DNA of 36,154 nucleotides from a virus (Duplodnaviria; Heunggongvirae; Uroviricota; Caudoviricetes): IMG/VR virus record IMGVR_UViG_2568526086_000004, positions 1 to 36,154 of that record; one strand, 5' to 3'. Shown piece by piece: positions 27,794 to 36,154 of this stretch (position 1 is its first letter; each line of letters starts with the position of its first letter). The notes under the pieces were generated by a model. It saw only the letters and a program-made list of their open reading frames with translations, ran no database searches and was not told where the DNA came from. The position numbers and the translations under genes were made by a program.

Positions 27794-27824
27794 CTGTATG
27801 TATAACCACTGTTTATATTTACAG
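27794..27824. promoter_or_regulatory. LexA (SOS) box or boxes upstream of the small-protein/DinI-like operon
   Basis: caCTGtttatatttaCAGta at 27809-27824 is a CTG-N10-CAG palindrome matching the E. coli LexA consensus. An adjacent half-matching CTGtatgtataacCAC sits at 27794-27809. Both lie about 30-60 bp upstream of the ORF starting at 27765. Confidence 0.7.
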
Positions 27825-27918
27825 TATATAATAATCTTACTGATGTAAAACGTTTTTTTACGCTTATCAGCCTGATATGCCTGGTATTATTAAGAGCACG
27901 AATTGTTAACCAGCGTAA

Positions 27919-30360
27919 TTAATACAGGTTCCGCCACTTATCATCTTCCTGCAAACGCTGGTTCCGATAGAAGATACGCAGGCCTGCTCCTGACGGAATA
28001 CTGCCGCCGCGAAGGAGTAAATCGACCTCTTTCTCGCTGCCATCAAATCCTCTGGATTTCAGTTCATAGACGAGCTGCTGTCGTTGATGGTCTGTAATTC
28101 GCTGTTTGTAGTCTCTACGCCGTTTCGGTTTCACCAGACGTAACCTTGCAGCCAATTCCCGGCGCTCCTTTTTGTTCATACTGTGCAGGTAATCGTGCAA
28201 CACCTTGTCATCCATGCGGGTAATGTCCGTTCTGGGGTCCCCATCAGCTGATTTATCTTTCTCCTGTTGGTTCAAATTTTCAGCAAGGGGACAGTTATTG
28301 CCACGAGTCCAAGGGGCGCAAGCGCCCTGGTCGGCTGCCGCCTCCTGAACGTCAACGGCCTTACGAACCATTTTCCACTTCACTGCATGAGTGCAGATCT
28401 TGCCCTCTGCAATGGGTGACCAGATGCCATAAATACGAATACCGTGATCGCCATAGGCGGTTGGCTCTTCGTTGATTTCATAAGCGGTTCTGATGAGGTG
28501 ATATTTGCGGGGAACCAGTACGCCGCCCTGCTTCATGATGTAGGTGGCAAAACAACCAGCATCAGCAGCAGCCAGAATGGCATCAAGACGCGGGTTATCC
28601 AGTACCGGCGCACCTGCTTTTTTGTCACCCTGTTGCCTTGCCGCCTGACCAGCCAGCAAGCGAAGTTCACGGTAAGCCTGACGTCCCGGAATACCAAAGA
28701 AGCGGAATTGCTGTACACGATGCAGAGACGCCCAGGCATTAACGTATTCAGCGTTATCACGCAGGGATTTACCCGTTTCCTTGCTGATCTCGCCAGCCAG
28801 ACCACGCCCGTCAATGTTCTTACTGATGTATTTCGCGATGTAGCTTGTCGGCGTTCCTTTGCGCGGGTTTATCAGCTCAGATTTAAAGCGTGGACCAGTG
28901 TTATTACCCAGTTCCTCGCGGTCTTCACGGATGGCAAACTTACGCAACAATGCAGTAATGGCGCGGCGGTCTTTTTTGCGCATGAAACACAACAGGTGCC
29001 AGTGAACTGTACCGTCATGATGCGGCTCAGCCACCCGCACGCCATACCAGCGCAACCCGGCTTTGTGCATCGCCTTACGAAATGCAGCAAACATGCCGAC
29101 CAGATAATCGCTGCTTTGTCTTACCGTCGCATTTGTCCAGGTTGGGTTTGGTCTGCCGTTATTGAGCGTAGAATGGAAACGTGACGGACAGGTAATGGTG
29201 TAGAAAACGGCGCAGTCACCGCGCATTTCCGCGATAAGCTCCAGACCTTTAACACAGGCCATCATCTCATTGCGGCGGTGCGCCGGGTTGCTGCTGCTGG
29301 CGTTTACCACATCTTCCATATCCAGCGTGTCGCCCTCTTCGTTCACCAGTTCATGAGAACGGAAAAACTCCAGTGACTTGCGGCGCTGCTCACGTTTATG
29401 CATCACGGCTTCATAGCTGACATAGGGAGATGCTTTTTTGCTGACCAGGCAGACAGCACGCAACTGCTCTTCCCGCCATTCGCAACGCATTTTCCATAAT
29501 TTCCGGTACCACCAGTCGGCGCACAACATACGCGCCAGCGAACCCGGAATGAGTTCATAGGGCACGGGTTTACGGCGGTTTCTTTTCCGACGGAGTTGCT
29601 CAAACGCAGGCGGGATGACATCCAGACGCAGGGTTTCCGCTGCCACCTTTTCCCATGTCTTGCGGATTTCTTCTGGCTTAACGTCATCGGTGGCATACAA
29701 ATCACCACAAGCTGCATCAAGGCACATGCTCATATGCGCAGCGACAAGGGTAGACAGGCGTTTCACCTGATCCTGACTCATTTCAGGCAGAATCAGCAGG
29801 CCGTCCAGCCCTACATGGCTTGCCATAAAACGAAAAGATGCAGATAGCTGGCTGTCGCGTACATGCTCCAGTCGTTCCAGACATGGCTTAATCGTCTCAC
29901 GTAAATAGCGGGAATAAGCCTTTGGCCTGCCCAGGCTGCTGAAGTATTCAATACGTTGCATCAGCGGCTTGCTGATATGGGAGGGCTGGGCGCTGACGTC
30001 TGCCAGAATGACCATGTCCGGGTTAAAACGCTGCTGCTCATGCGCCAACTTTGCCCGGCTAATGAGCTTATCCTGCTCCATTTCGCGCTGGACAGGATCA
30101 CGGGATTCATTAAAGAAATAACGCTCCCAGACCTGATCACTCAGTGCCTCGCGGCGCAGTTGTTCCTGCTCGTTATCGGTAGCGTACAGAGTGATCAGGT
30201 TTGAAAGCGCAGAAACCGGCGCAACTTCCGCCGGGTCCAGATAAGGGTTAATGGCTTTCTTAGGTAAATTCCACGAATAACCCCCGGCAGAATTCTCAAT
30301 GCTACCGGAAGTTACACTGACAAATGGATCGGCAAGACGGCCTGTGCTGATCTCTGTCAC
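27919..30360 (-). CDS. A: Replication initiation endonuclease gpA (rolling-circle initiator)
   Basis: 813-aa ORF containing the catalytic tyrosine region [12 protein letters not shown] and the His-hydrophobic motif (TVHWHLLCF) typical of P2 gpA-type initiators. Confidence 0.88.
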   Translation of the reverse strand: MTEISTGRLADPFVSVTSGSIENSAGGYSWNLPKKAINPYLDPAEVAPVSALSNLITLYATDNEQEQLRREALSDQVWERYFFNESRDPVQREMEQDKLISRAKLAHEQQRFNPDMVILADVSAQPSHISKPLMQRIEYFSSLGRPKAYSRYLRETIKPCLERLEHVRDSQLSASFRFMASHVGLDGLLILPEMSQDQVKRLSTLVAAHMSMCLDAACGDLYATDDVKPEEIRKTWEKVAAETLRLDVIPPAFEQLRRKRNRRKPVPYELIPGSLARMLCADWWYRKLWKMRCEWREEQLRAVCLVSKKASPYVSYEAVMHKREQRRKSLEFFRSHELVNEEGDTLDMEDVVNASSSNPAHRRNEMMACVKGLELIAEMRGDCAVFYTITCPSRFHSTLNNGRPNPTWTNATVRQSSDYLVGMFAAFRKAMHKAGLRWYGVRVAEPHHDGTVHWHLLCFMRKKDRRAITALLRKFAIREDREELGNNTGPRFKSELINPRKGTPTSYIAKYISKNIDGRGLAGEISKETGKSLRDNAEYVNAWASLHRVQQFRFFGIPGRQAYRELRLLAGQAARQQGDKKAGAPVLDNPRLDAILAAADAGCFATYIMKQGGVLVPRKYHLIRTAYEINEEPTAYGDHGIRIYGIWSPIAEGKICTHAVKWKMVRKAVDVQEAAADQGACAPWTRGNNCPLAENLNQQEKDKSADGDPRTDITRMDDKVLHDYLHSMNKKERRELAARLRLVKPKRRRDYKQRITDHQRQQLVYELKSRGFDGSEKEVDLLLRGGSIPSGAGLRIFYRNQRLQEDDKWRNLY

Positions 30361-31367
30361 TCACAGACTCCTGCATATACACTGCTGCACACCGCTTTAT
30401 CATTCATGCCTGCCAGCAGGTCAAACTGCATACCGCCCCGAGTCGTTAAGGCCCAGTCCCGATAAGTTTCAATGCCATAAGCATCAACAGTTATGACTTC
30501 GATCCGTTTTTCAGCACGGCGCGGATCATGCGTGGATGGAAAGAACGTTGAATTGCCACGTCTTGAACATTCCGCAACCAGTCTTTCCCACTCAGCCACT
30601 CGGCGGATTTCTTCTGGCCAGCGTTGGAAAATCTCTCCAAGTTCTGACTTGCGAGCATGAATGCATGGCATACAACCGACACGACTGCATCCCTGCATAT
30701 AAAGGGGGTTAGGCTTAATGCCATGACGTTTGGCAATAGCAAACACATCCTCATGCAGCCAATTAAGGATCGGACGATAAACATGCAGCCCCAGAGTATT
30801 GTCTGCATCGTCCTCCCACTCAGGCAACAATGCACGTTCCGGTGATTCCTGCCCCCGGACTCCTTGCCAACTGATTACCTCATCGTATTCATCCAGAGCT
30901 GGATCGATTACCTGTGTACGTATTGGTTCATGTTTCAGTTCAAAAGTGCAGAAACGAGCTTTTGTTGAAGGGAAGCGACCTTTCCACATGCACAAATCAA
31001 GAAACGGAACGCCGGTTGGTTTAAGGATTTCCAGTGCCCGGTAAATACGTTCCTCAGCCTCATCTGTCGACATACCACATTCCTCAACGAGAGAAATGGG
31101 CCACTTTTCCGCAATGAATTTACGTTTCCCTTCTATCTGGCGTGTGAAATCCGCTTTGACGCGAATAATCTTGCCCAGCTTTGATTCCAGATAATCCAGA
31201 TATTCTATTGTCTGTGGATGTTCATGACCCGTATCGGCAAATACAGAAATATGCGGAACATCGTTTTCAATGGCTCTTAGCCATTGAGCGAGACTATCTT
31301 TGCCACCAGAAGTATTGATGACGTTAATGGTGCCTGAGGCAAAGCAACGCGGATCGATAGCATTCAT
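30357..31367 (-). CDS. PP-loop ATP-pyrophosphatase superfamily protein (PAPS-reductase-like), function unknown
   Basis: 336-aa ORF with the N-terminal PP-loop motif SGGKDS ([13 protein letters not shown]) and a C-terminal Cys cluster (CSRVGCMPC). Its start overlaps the dam stop and its stop overlaps the A start. Confidence 0.75.
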   Translation of the reverse strand: MNAIDPRCFASGTINVINTSGGKDSLAQWLRAIENDVPHISVFADTGHEHPQTIEYLDYLESKLGKIIRVKADFTRQIEGKRKFIAEKWPISLVEECGMSTDEAEERIYRALEILKPTGVPFLDLCMWKGRFPSTKARFCTFELKHEPIRTQVIDPALDEYDEVISWQGVRGQESPERALLPEWEDDADNTLGLHVYRPILNWLHEDVFAIAKRHGIKPNPLYMQGCSRVGCMPCIHARKSELGEIFQRWPEEIRRVAEWERLVAECSRRGNSTFFPSTHDPRRAEKRIEVITVDAYGIETYRDWALTTRGGMQFDLLAGMNDKAVCSSVYAGVCE

Positions 31368-32212
31368 GCGCGTACCTCAACGGTACGGTCAGAGCCGCTG
31401 GCAAAATCGACACCAAACCACCCAGCTGATTTGGTGGCAATGATTTCTGTTGCAGATTTACTCTCGCCAGCTGACACGCCAATGCTGCGTTTTGCCTTGA
31501 TGTAGTGGTGAGTGAAATTGCGATACAGCGAACGGATCAGGGATGTGTCACTGTTAGAAACAATGACCGGATGTCCTTCTGATGACCGATGTTCAAGAAC
31601 GGATGCCAGGTGATACTGGTCATCTTCAGTGAAGCCGTCAGTGTGATAACCGGAAAACGTACCGTCATAAGGCGGATCGCAATACACAACATCCCCCGCG
31701 TGCAACATTGCCAGCGTTTCATCGAAGCTGGCGCAGATAAATGTTGCCCGCTGGGCTTTTTCTGCAAATGCACGAATTTCTTTTTCAGGGAAATACGGAT
31801 TTTTATAATTACCGTAGGGAATGTTGAAATGCCCGCTCTTGTTATAGCGACATAAACCACGGTAACCGTGACGATTGAGATACAGGAAATATACTGCTTT
31901 CATGAAATCAGTAATTTCAGTTGAGTAATTAAACTCCTGCCTTATGTTGTAATAAGCCATCTCCCTGTTTGCGTTCTCAAATAAAACTCTGGCGCGAGAT
32001 ATAAACGATTCACAATCAGCGGCAACCTTTTTATAGAGGTTGATTAAATCAGGATTAATATCCGCAACCAGATAGCTGGGGTAATCCGTCTCCATCATCA
32101 CTGCACAGGAACCCGCGAAAGGTTCAACCAGTCGCGGGCCAGCAGGAAGGTATTTTTTCAGTTCTGCCATAATGGCCGTTTTATTTCCCGCCCATTTCAG
32201 GATGGTGCTCAT
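31364..32212 (-). CDS. dam: DNA adenine methyltransferase (Dam-like, N6-adenine)
   Basis: Contains the DPPY catalytic motif ([10 protein letters not shown]) and an N-terminal SAM-binding region (ILKWAGNK). I chose the internal start [11 protein letters not shown]; the ORF track extends to 32272. Confidence 0.85.
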   Translation of the reverse strand: MSTILKWAGNKTAIMAELKKYLPAGPRLVEPFAGSCAVMMETDYPSYLVADINPDLINLYKKVAADCESFISRARVLFENANREMAYYNIRQEFNYSTEITDFMKAVYFLYLNRHGYRGLCRYNKSGHFNIPYGNYKNPYFPEKEIRAFAEKAQRATFICASFDETLAMLHAGDVVYCDPPYDGTFSGYHTDGFTEDDQYHLASVLEHRSSEGHPVIVSNSDTSLIRSLYRNFTHHYIKAKRSIGVSAGESKSATEIIATKSAGWFGVDFASGSDRTVEVRA

Positions 32213-32436
32213 ACAGCACCTCCGTTGTAATGTTTGCCTTTCAGTTCTGCGATTTCCTGACAGGTAATGCAAAGCTGCACTCCCGGAATGGCGCGGCGTC
32301 GTGCTGGCGGAATTGGCGCTTCACATTCAATACAAAGCACGCGAGACACGCCCGGTGTTTTGGCACGGGCAGCACGAATATGGCGCTGGAGTTCTTCTTC
32401 AACGCGCTGCTGTACGAGATCCATTGCATCAGCCAT
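32209..32436 (-). CDS. TraR/DksA-family C4 zinc-finger protein
   Basis: 75-aa ORF with CIECEAPIP...CITCQE (Cys-x2-Cys ... Cys-x2-Cys). Its stop overlaps the dam start. Confidence 0.75.
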   Translation of the reverse strand: MADAMDLVQQRVEEELQRHIRAARAKTPGVSRVLCIECEAPIPPARRRAIPGVQLCITCQEIAELKGKHYNGGAV

Positions 32437-32675
32437 TAGTGGATCTCCTGCGCTTCGTTCTGGATTGCTTCAGCAGTTACACGCAACAGTTCTGCCGCTT
32501 CGACGTGGTTTAGTTGGCGGGATGTGATATAACACGCCAGGCTATCAAGGCGAGCTGCCATTGCTTCAGCCCTTGCCCGGCGTTCTTCCAGACGGGCCTC
32601 TGTCAGTAAAATATTAAGCCCTGCATCATCCGGTCCGGTTTTAGTCGTGAGGGTTTCAATATTATGCATAATCAA
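32436..32675 (-). CDS. Hypothetical early-region protein (79 aa)
   Basis: ORF in the early operon downstream of cII. No recognisable motif. Coding assignment rests on operon packing. Confidence 0.5.
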   Translation of the reverse strand: MIMHNIETLTTKTGPDDAGLNILLTEARLEERRARAEAMAARLDSLACYITSRQLNHVEAAELLRVTAEAIQNEAQEIH

Positions 32676-32736
32676 TTTTCCTGAATTTAGATAAAGGGAT
32701 GCCCGGCGGGTTTACGCCATTAATTTCATTAGTTGG

Positions 32737-33078
32737 TTAATTCGGCATGGTTAGCCGTCTGGGAAATAAGCTCACCACTGCACGAAAATGATTCATTGCT
32801 TTAATCAGCTCCCGCTTTTCGTCAGTGGTCAGCTCATTAATGCTGATGCTATGACGTTCAGTCGGAATTTTTGCCATAAAGAATATAGCAGCCAGTGCCC
32901 GTTTATTTTGTTCATTATTGATATCCCGTGGATCACGCATATCTTTAATAAACCGCTCAAGCTCTGACTCAATATTCAGGCCAAAAACTTTCGCCCTTAA
33001 TTCCGCTATGTGATTAAGTCCACTCAGGCGTTCACCGGGGCTTAATGGAACAGTCGCCGCAGCGCCTTCAATAGCCAT
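32737..33078 (-). CDS. Hypothetical early-region protein (113 aa)
   Basis: ORF in the early operon. No recognisable motif. Confidence 0.5.
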   Translation of the reverse strand: MAIEGAAATVPLSPGERLSGLNHIAELRAKVFGLNIESELERFIKDMRDPRDINNEQNKRALAAIFFMAKIPTERHSISINELTTDEKRELIKAMNHFRAVVSLFPRRLTMPN

Positions 33079-33272
33079 TTGTTCCCCCGTTTTTTCGTAG
33101 ATAGTTCTGCCAGCAATTCATCTTGTGAACGGCACGGATGCCAGCGTTTACCATCCTCCCCCATGATCCAGCCGTGACCGTAGTGCATTGCCGGACTTTG
33201 TTTTACCAGCAGCGATGCAAATGATGGTTCTTTCGTCAGCATAAGCACCTCACAGCAAACCGAATGAAGCAC
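33042..33272 (-). CDS. Hypothetical early-region protein (up to 76 aa; start uncertain)
   Basis: ORF overlapping the cII stop and the downstream ORF start; it probably begins at an internal Met. Contains HPCRSQDE. Function unknown. Confidence 0.4.
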   Translation of the reverse strand: MLHSVCCEVLMLTKEPSFASLLVKQSPAMHYGHGWIMGEDGKRWHPCRSQDELLAELSTKKRGNKWLLKALRRLFH

Positions 33273-33759
33273 CGAGGCCAGTCACGGTATCAACTGCACT
33301 CGCCATCGCAGGATTAGCCTGTAAACGGGCCTGCAATGAAACAGCAGCCAGCGCCATCAGTCGTGTTACAGAGTTAATGCTGCTGATCGCATCACGACGG
33401 CCTGCACTGGTTTTTACATCGCCAGAAACCGCACCTGCCGCGACACGTCCTATCTCTGCAGTTGCACTCATGACGTAATGCGGCAGTTTCTCTTTTGCCA
33501 CCTCATTAATCGGAACACATGGCAGACAATGAATCTGTGCCAGAAAACCATCTACCAGTGTTGAGTCCTCAGTCAGATCGGTAAGCAGCCAGATGTCTGG
33601 TGCGGTTAATAAATGAGGTTGAGCTGGGTTCAGCTTGTTCCGCAGAATCTGCACATTCATGCCTGCACGTTCTGCCAGTTGCACCAGGTTGTGGCGCAGT
33701 GCGAATGCACGACAGGCTTCATCAAAATGTGGATGTTTGGAAACTTGGTAATCAAACAT
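33250..33759 (-). CDS. cII: CII-like lysogeny establishment activator (186 CII family)
   Basis: The protein ([24 protein letters not shown]...[25 protein letters not shown]...) closely resembles phage 186 CII as I recall it, in both sequence and length (~169 aa). I chose the internal Met start; the ORF track extends to 33765. Confidence 0.85.
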   Translation of the reverse strand: MFDYQVSKHPHFDEACRAFALRHNLVQLAERAGMNVQILRNKLNPAQPHLLTAPDIWLLTDLTEDSTLVDGFLAQIHCLPCVPINEVAKEKLPHYVMSATAEIGRVAAGAVSGDVKTSAGRRDAISSINSVTRLMALAAVSLQARLQANPAMASAVDTVTGLGASFGLL

Positions 33760-33791
33760 GGTCAATGCCTCTGATGTATTTCAGAATCGAA

Positions 33792-34013
33792 CTAATTAAG
33801 GTTTAGATTGCATTCTGAAAGCGCATCAACGGTCATGGCTGCTATGTTGATCATCACTTTTTCGCGTTTTTTATCTTTGCGCAGACGATGACGGATAAGG
33901 CGTCCGTCAGCCAACATGTCATTGATGGTATCGATGGACAGCCCTGTCAGCTCGCTATAGCGTTCAATAGTCACATGAGGCGTGGTAAGAGTGATTGAAA
34001 TGTTAGGTCTCAT
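33792..34013 (-). CDS. apl: Apl/Cox-like excisionase and lytic-switch repressor
   Basis: 73-aa basic ORF ([37 protein letters not shown]) that is the first gene of the rightward-type early operon, divergent from cI. Position equals 186 apl or P2 cox. Confidence 0.75.
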   Translation of the reverse strand: MRPNISITLTTPHVTIERYSELTGLSIDTINDMLADGRLIRHRLRKDKKREKVMINIAAMTVDALSECNLNLN

Positions 34014-34132
34014 GATGCAACATTCCTCGTTTAATGATGATTAATCAGGACGAATACGGATCGTTTGTATTTTGTGAACATCATAAACATACGATCGCAC
34101 AGTGAAATCGTCAAGATAAAAGTTCACTTGGA
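34014..34132. promoter_or_regulatory. Lysis-lysogeny switch region (pR/pL-type promoters and operators) between apl and cI
   Basis: 119-bp AT-rich intergenic region between divergent apl and cI, with GTGAAC...GTTCAC inverted repeats. Promoters and operators are expected here by analogy with 186; individual elements are not assigned. Confidence 0.5.
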
Positions 34133-34708
34133 GTGACCATGAATTTGGAGAAAGGCGGACGAGGCGCTATAGAGCGCATGGTAGAAGCTTATGGATTCAA
34201 AACTCGACAGGCGTTGTGCGATCATTTAGGAATCTCTAAAAGTACACTCGCCACACGCTACATGCGTGACTCATTCCCAGCAGAATGGGTAATCCAGTGC
34301 GCCCTTGAAACGGGCACCTCGCTTAATTGGCTCACAACTGGACATGGTTCAAAGCAAACTTCAGGTAATACAAATACTATGGAAGTTGCTAAATATGTAT
34401 TATCTGATGGTGCCTTGCGTGAAGACGGTTTTTATATTTTTGATAAGGGATTTCTACCCTCTACGTTTAAAAAACCTTTTGTCATCACAGATAACAATTC
34501 TGAATTTATTTGTGATAAAGAATTTGATGATATACGTGATGGTAAATGGGTAATAAGTATTGATGGCGAGATAACAATCCGCGACATTACTCGTTTACCC
34601 GGTGGAAGAATCTTCGTTGAAGGTGGAAACAGAGCCTTCGACTGCAAGATAGAAGATGTTGAAATAATTGGAAAAATTATAAGTTTAACAGTTAAATATG
34701 TTAGATAA
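34133..34708 (+). CDS. cI: CI immunity repressor (186 CI-like)
   Basis: 191-aa ORF with an N-terminal HTH region (VEAYGFKTRQALCDHLGISKSTLATRYMRDSFPAEWVIQCALETGTSLNWLTTGHG) resembling 186 CI as I recall it. It is divergent from apl and upstream of int. Confidence 0.85.
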   Translation: MTMNLEKGGRGAIERMVEAYGFKTRQALCDHLGISKSTLATRYMRDSFPAEWVIQCALETGTSLNWLTTGHGSKQTSGNTNTMEVAKYVLSDGALREDGFYIFDKGFLPSTFKKPFVITDNNSEFICDKEFDDIRDGKWVISIDGEITIRDITRLPGGRIFVEGGNRAFDCKIEDVEIIGKIISLTVKYVR

Positions 34709-34723
34709 TACCGGGAGGAAACT

Positions 34724-34915
34724 ATGCTTGGTAAAGTATTTTTTGTGGTTTTATCATGCTCTTTGTTATTAAGCCCACTAACTACCTATGCTAAAAATTA
34801 TCCTTGTTCTGGGAAAAAGGGTGGTGTATCTCACTGTACCTCCGATGGAAAATTTGTTTGCAATGATGGAACTATTAGTAAATCCAAAAAAATCTGTACT
34901 AAAAACTCACGATAA
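34724..34915 (+). CDS. Small secreted Cys-rich peptide (63-aa precursor), candidate cargo gene
   Basis: N-terminal signal peptide ([23 protein letters not shown]) followed by a ~40-aa Lys-rich mature region with four Cys. AT-rich. Inserted between cI and int. Confidence 0.55.
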   Translation: MLGKVFFVVLSCSLLLSPLTTYAKNYPCSGKKGGVSHCTSDGKFVCNDGTISKSKKICTKNSR

Positions 34916-35101
34916 ACTTTGCTTTTATATCTGCGCCTAATATAACAATGAGCCGCAGGCTAACCGCAAAAGTTACATACTCACATAGCAAAAAATAGCC
35001 AACTTCATTATGGCTTCAGTGAGATGTATGGTCGCAAGATTTCATACATTGACACTGGTTATACATACAGTAAAAATGCTCTCTATTGGAGGGCATTTTT
35101 T

Positions 35102-36154
35102 ATGGCAGTACGAAAACTCACCACAGGAAAATGGCTTTGCGAATGTTACCCCGCCGGACGTAGTGGGCGTCGTGTGCGTAAACAATTCGCCACCAAAGGC
35201 GAAGCTCTGGCTTTTGAGCGCCACACGATGGAAGAAACCGAAGCAAAGCCCTGGCTTGGTGAATCAGTGGATCGTCGAACACTGAAAGACGTGGTTGAGC
35301 TATGGTTCAAACTACATGGTAAATCTCTAACCGCTGGGCAGCATGTCTATGACAAATTGCTGTTGATGGTTGACGCTCTGGGCAATCCCCTTGCAACAGA
35401 TCTCACCTCTAAAATGTTTGCCCACTATCGAGATAAACGCCTGACAGGAGAGATCTACTTCAGCGAGAAATGGAAGAAAGGAGCAAGCCCGGTCACCATT
35501 AATCTGGAGCAAAGCTATCTAAGTAGTGTTTTTAGCGAACTATCCCGCCTGGGCGAATGGTCGTATCCGAACCCACTGGAGAACATGCGAAAATTCACCA
35601 TCGCAGAAAAAGAGATGGCATGGCTTACCCATGAGCAGATTGTTGAATTGCTGGCTGATTGCAAACGTCAGGACCCAATTCTGGCACTGGTAGTTAAGAT
35701 ATGCTTAAGCACAGGCGCACGCTGGCGAGAAGCCGTAAATCTTACTCGTTCACAGGTGACCAAATACCGAATTACCTTTGTAAGAACGAAGGGGAAGAAA
35801 AACAGAAGCATCCCTATCAGTAAAGAGCTTTACGAAGAGGTCATGGCGCTTGATGGGTTCAATTTCTTCACAGACTGCTATTTTCAATTTTTATCCGTGA
35901 TGGAAAAAACGTCTATTGTGCTCCCTCGCGGTCAACTGACACACGTTCTGCGCCATACGTTTGCGGCGCATTTCATGATGTCGGGTGGAAATATCCTTGC
36001 TTTGCAAAAAATCCTCGGACATCACGATATAAAAATGACTATGCGTTACGCTCATCTGGCACCGGATCATCTGGAAACGGCGCTCCGTTTCAATCCTCTG
36101 GCAACGCTGCCAAGTGGCGACAAAGTGGCGGCAGCGGTTGGCATTACCCCGTAA
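35102..36154 (+). CDS. int: Tyrosine integrase (186/P2 family)
   Basis: Close resemblance to 186 Int as I recall it (MAVRKLTTGKWLCECYPAGRSGRRVRKQFATKGEALAFE...HVLRHTFAAHFMMSGGNILALQKILGHHDIKMTMRYAHLAP), with the R..H-x-x-R..Y catalytic signature. I chose the internal start; the ORF track begins at 35024. The gene reaches the window end. Confidence 0.9.
   Translation: MAVRKLTTGKWLCECYPAGRSGRRVRKQFATKGEALAFERHTMEETEAKPWLGESVDRRTLKDVVELWFKLHGKSLTAGQHVYDKLLLMVDALGNPLATDLTSKMFAHYRDKRLTGEIYFSEKWKKGASPVTINLEQSYLSSVFSELSRLGEWSYPNPLENMRKFTIAEKEMAWLTHEQIVELLADCKRQDPILALVVKICLSTGARWREAVNLTRSQVTKYRITFVRTKGKKNRSIPISKELYEEVMALDGFNFFTDCYFQFLSVMEKTSIVLPRGQLTHVLRHTFAAHFMMSGGNILALQKILGHHDIKMTMRYAHLAPDHLETALRFNPLATLPSGDKVAAAVGITP

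Noticed and set aside
28444-29184. 246-aa plus-strand ORF
   Set aside because: It lies wholly inside and antisense to replication gene A, which carries recognisable catalytic motifs.
35060-35101. Imperfect hairpin plus T6 immediately upstream of the int start, and the 26-codon N-terminal extension of the int ORF
   Set aside because: The stem is imperfect and abuts the start codon. The extension (MYGRKISYIDTGYTY...) has no counterpart in 186 Int as I recall it, so the internal Met at 35102 was chosen.

Overview
The window holds the tail end of a conserved E. coli chromosomal block (grxA, ybjM, ybjL; 1-2620) followed by a P2/186-family temperate prophage that runs from about 2.8 kb to the end of the window; its right junction (attR) lies beyond the window. 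All calls rest on reading the six-frame translations against remembered protein families; no database search was run. The prophage shows the full P2-type late gene order on the minus strand (ogr, D, U, T, E/E', FII, FI, G, H, I, J, W, V, S, R, lysC/lysB, K, holin, X, L, M, N, O) with P and Q divergent on the plus strand, then a replication/lysogeny arm (A, PP-loop protein, dam, TraR-like, cII, apl, cI, int) whose CII and Int closely resemble phage 186. The most interesting feature is a visibly AT-rich accessory island between portal gene Q and replication gene A (24.3-27.8 kb), the position where P2-like phages carry anti-phage cargo. It contains a tightly packed three-gene operon with no motifs I can recognise (24372-26235), a candidate cos site, a 225-aa lipoprotein, and a LexA-box-controlled small-protein/DinI-like pair. 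Other cargo candidates are an opposite-strand AT-rich membrane protein between V and S (15126-15878), a PP-loop/Dam/TraR-like cluster (30357-32436), and a small secreted Cys-rich peptide between cI and int (34724-34915).
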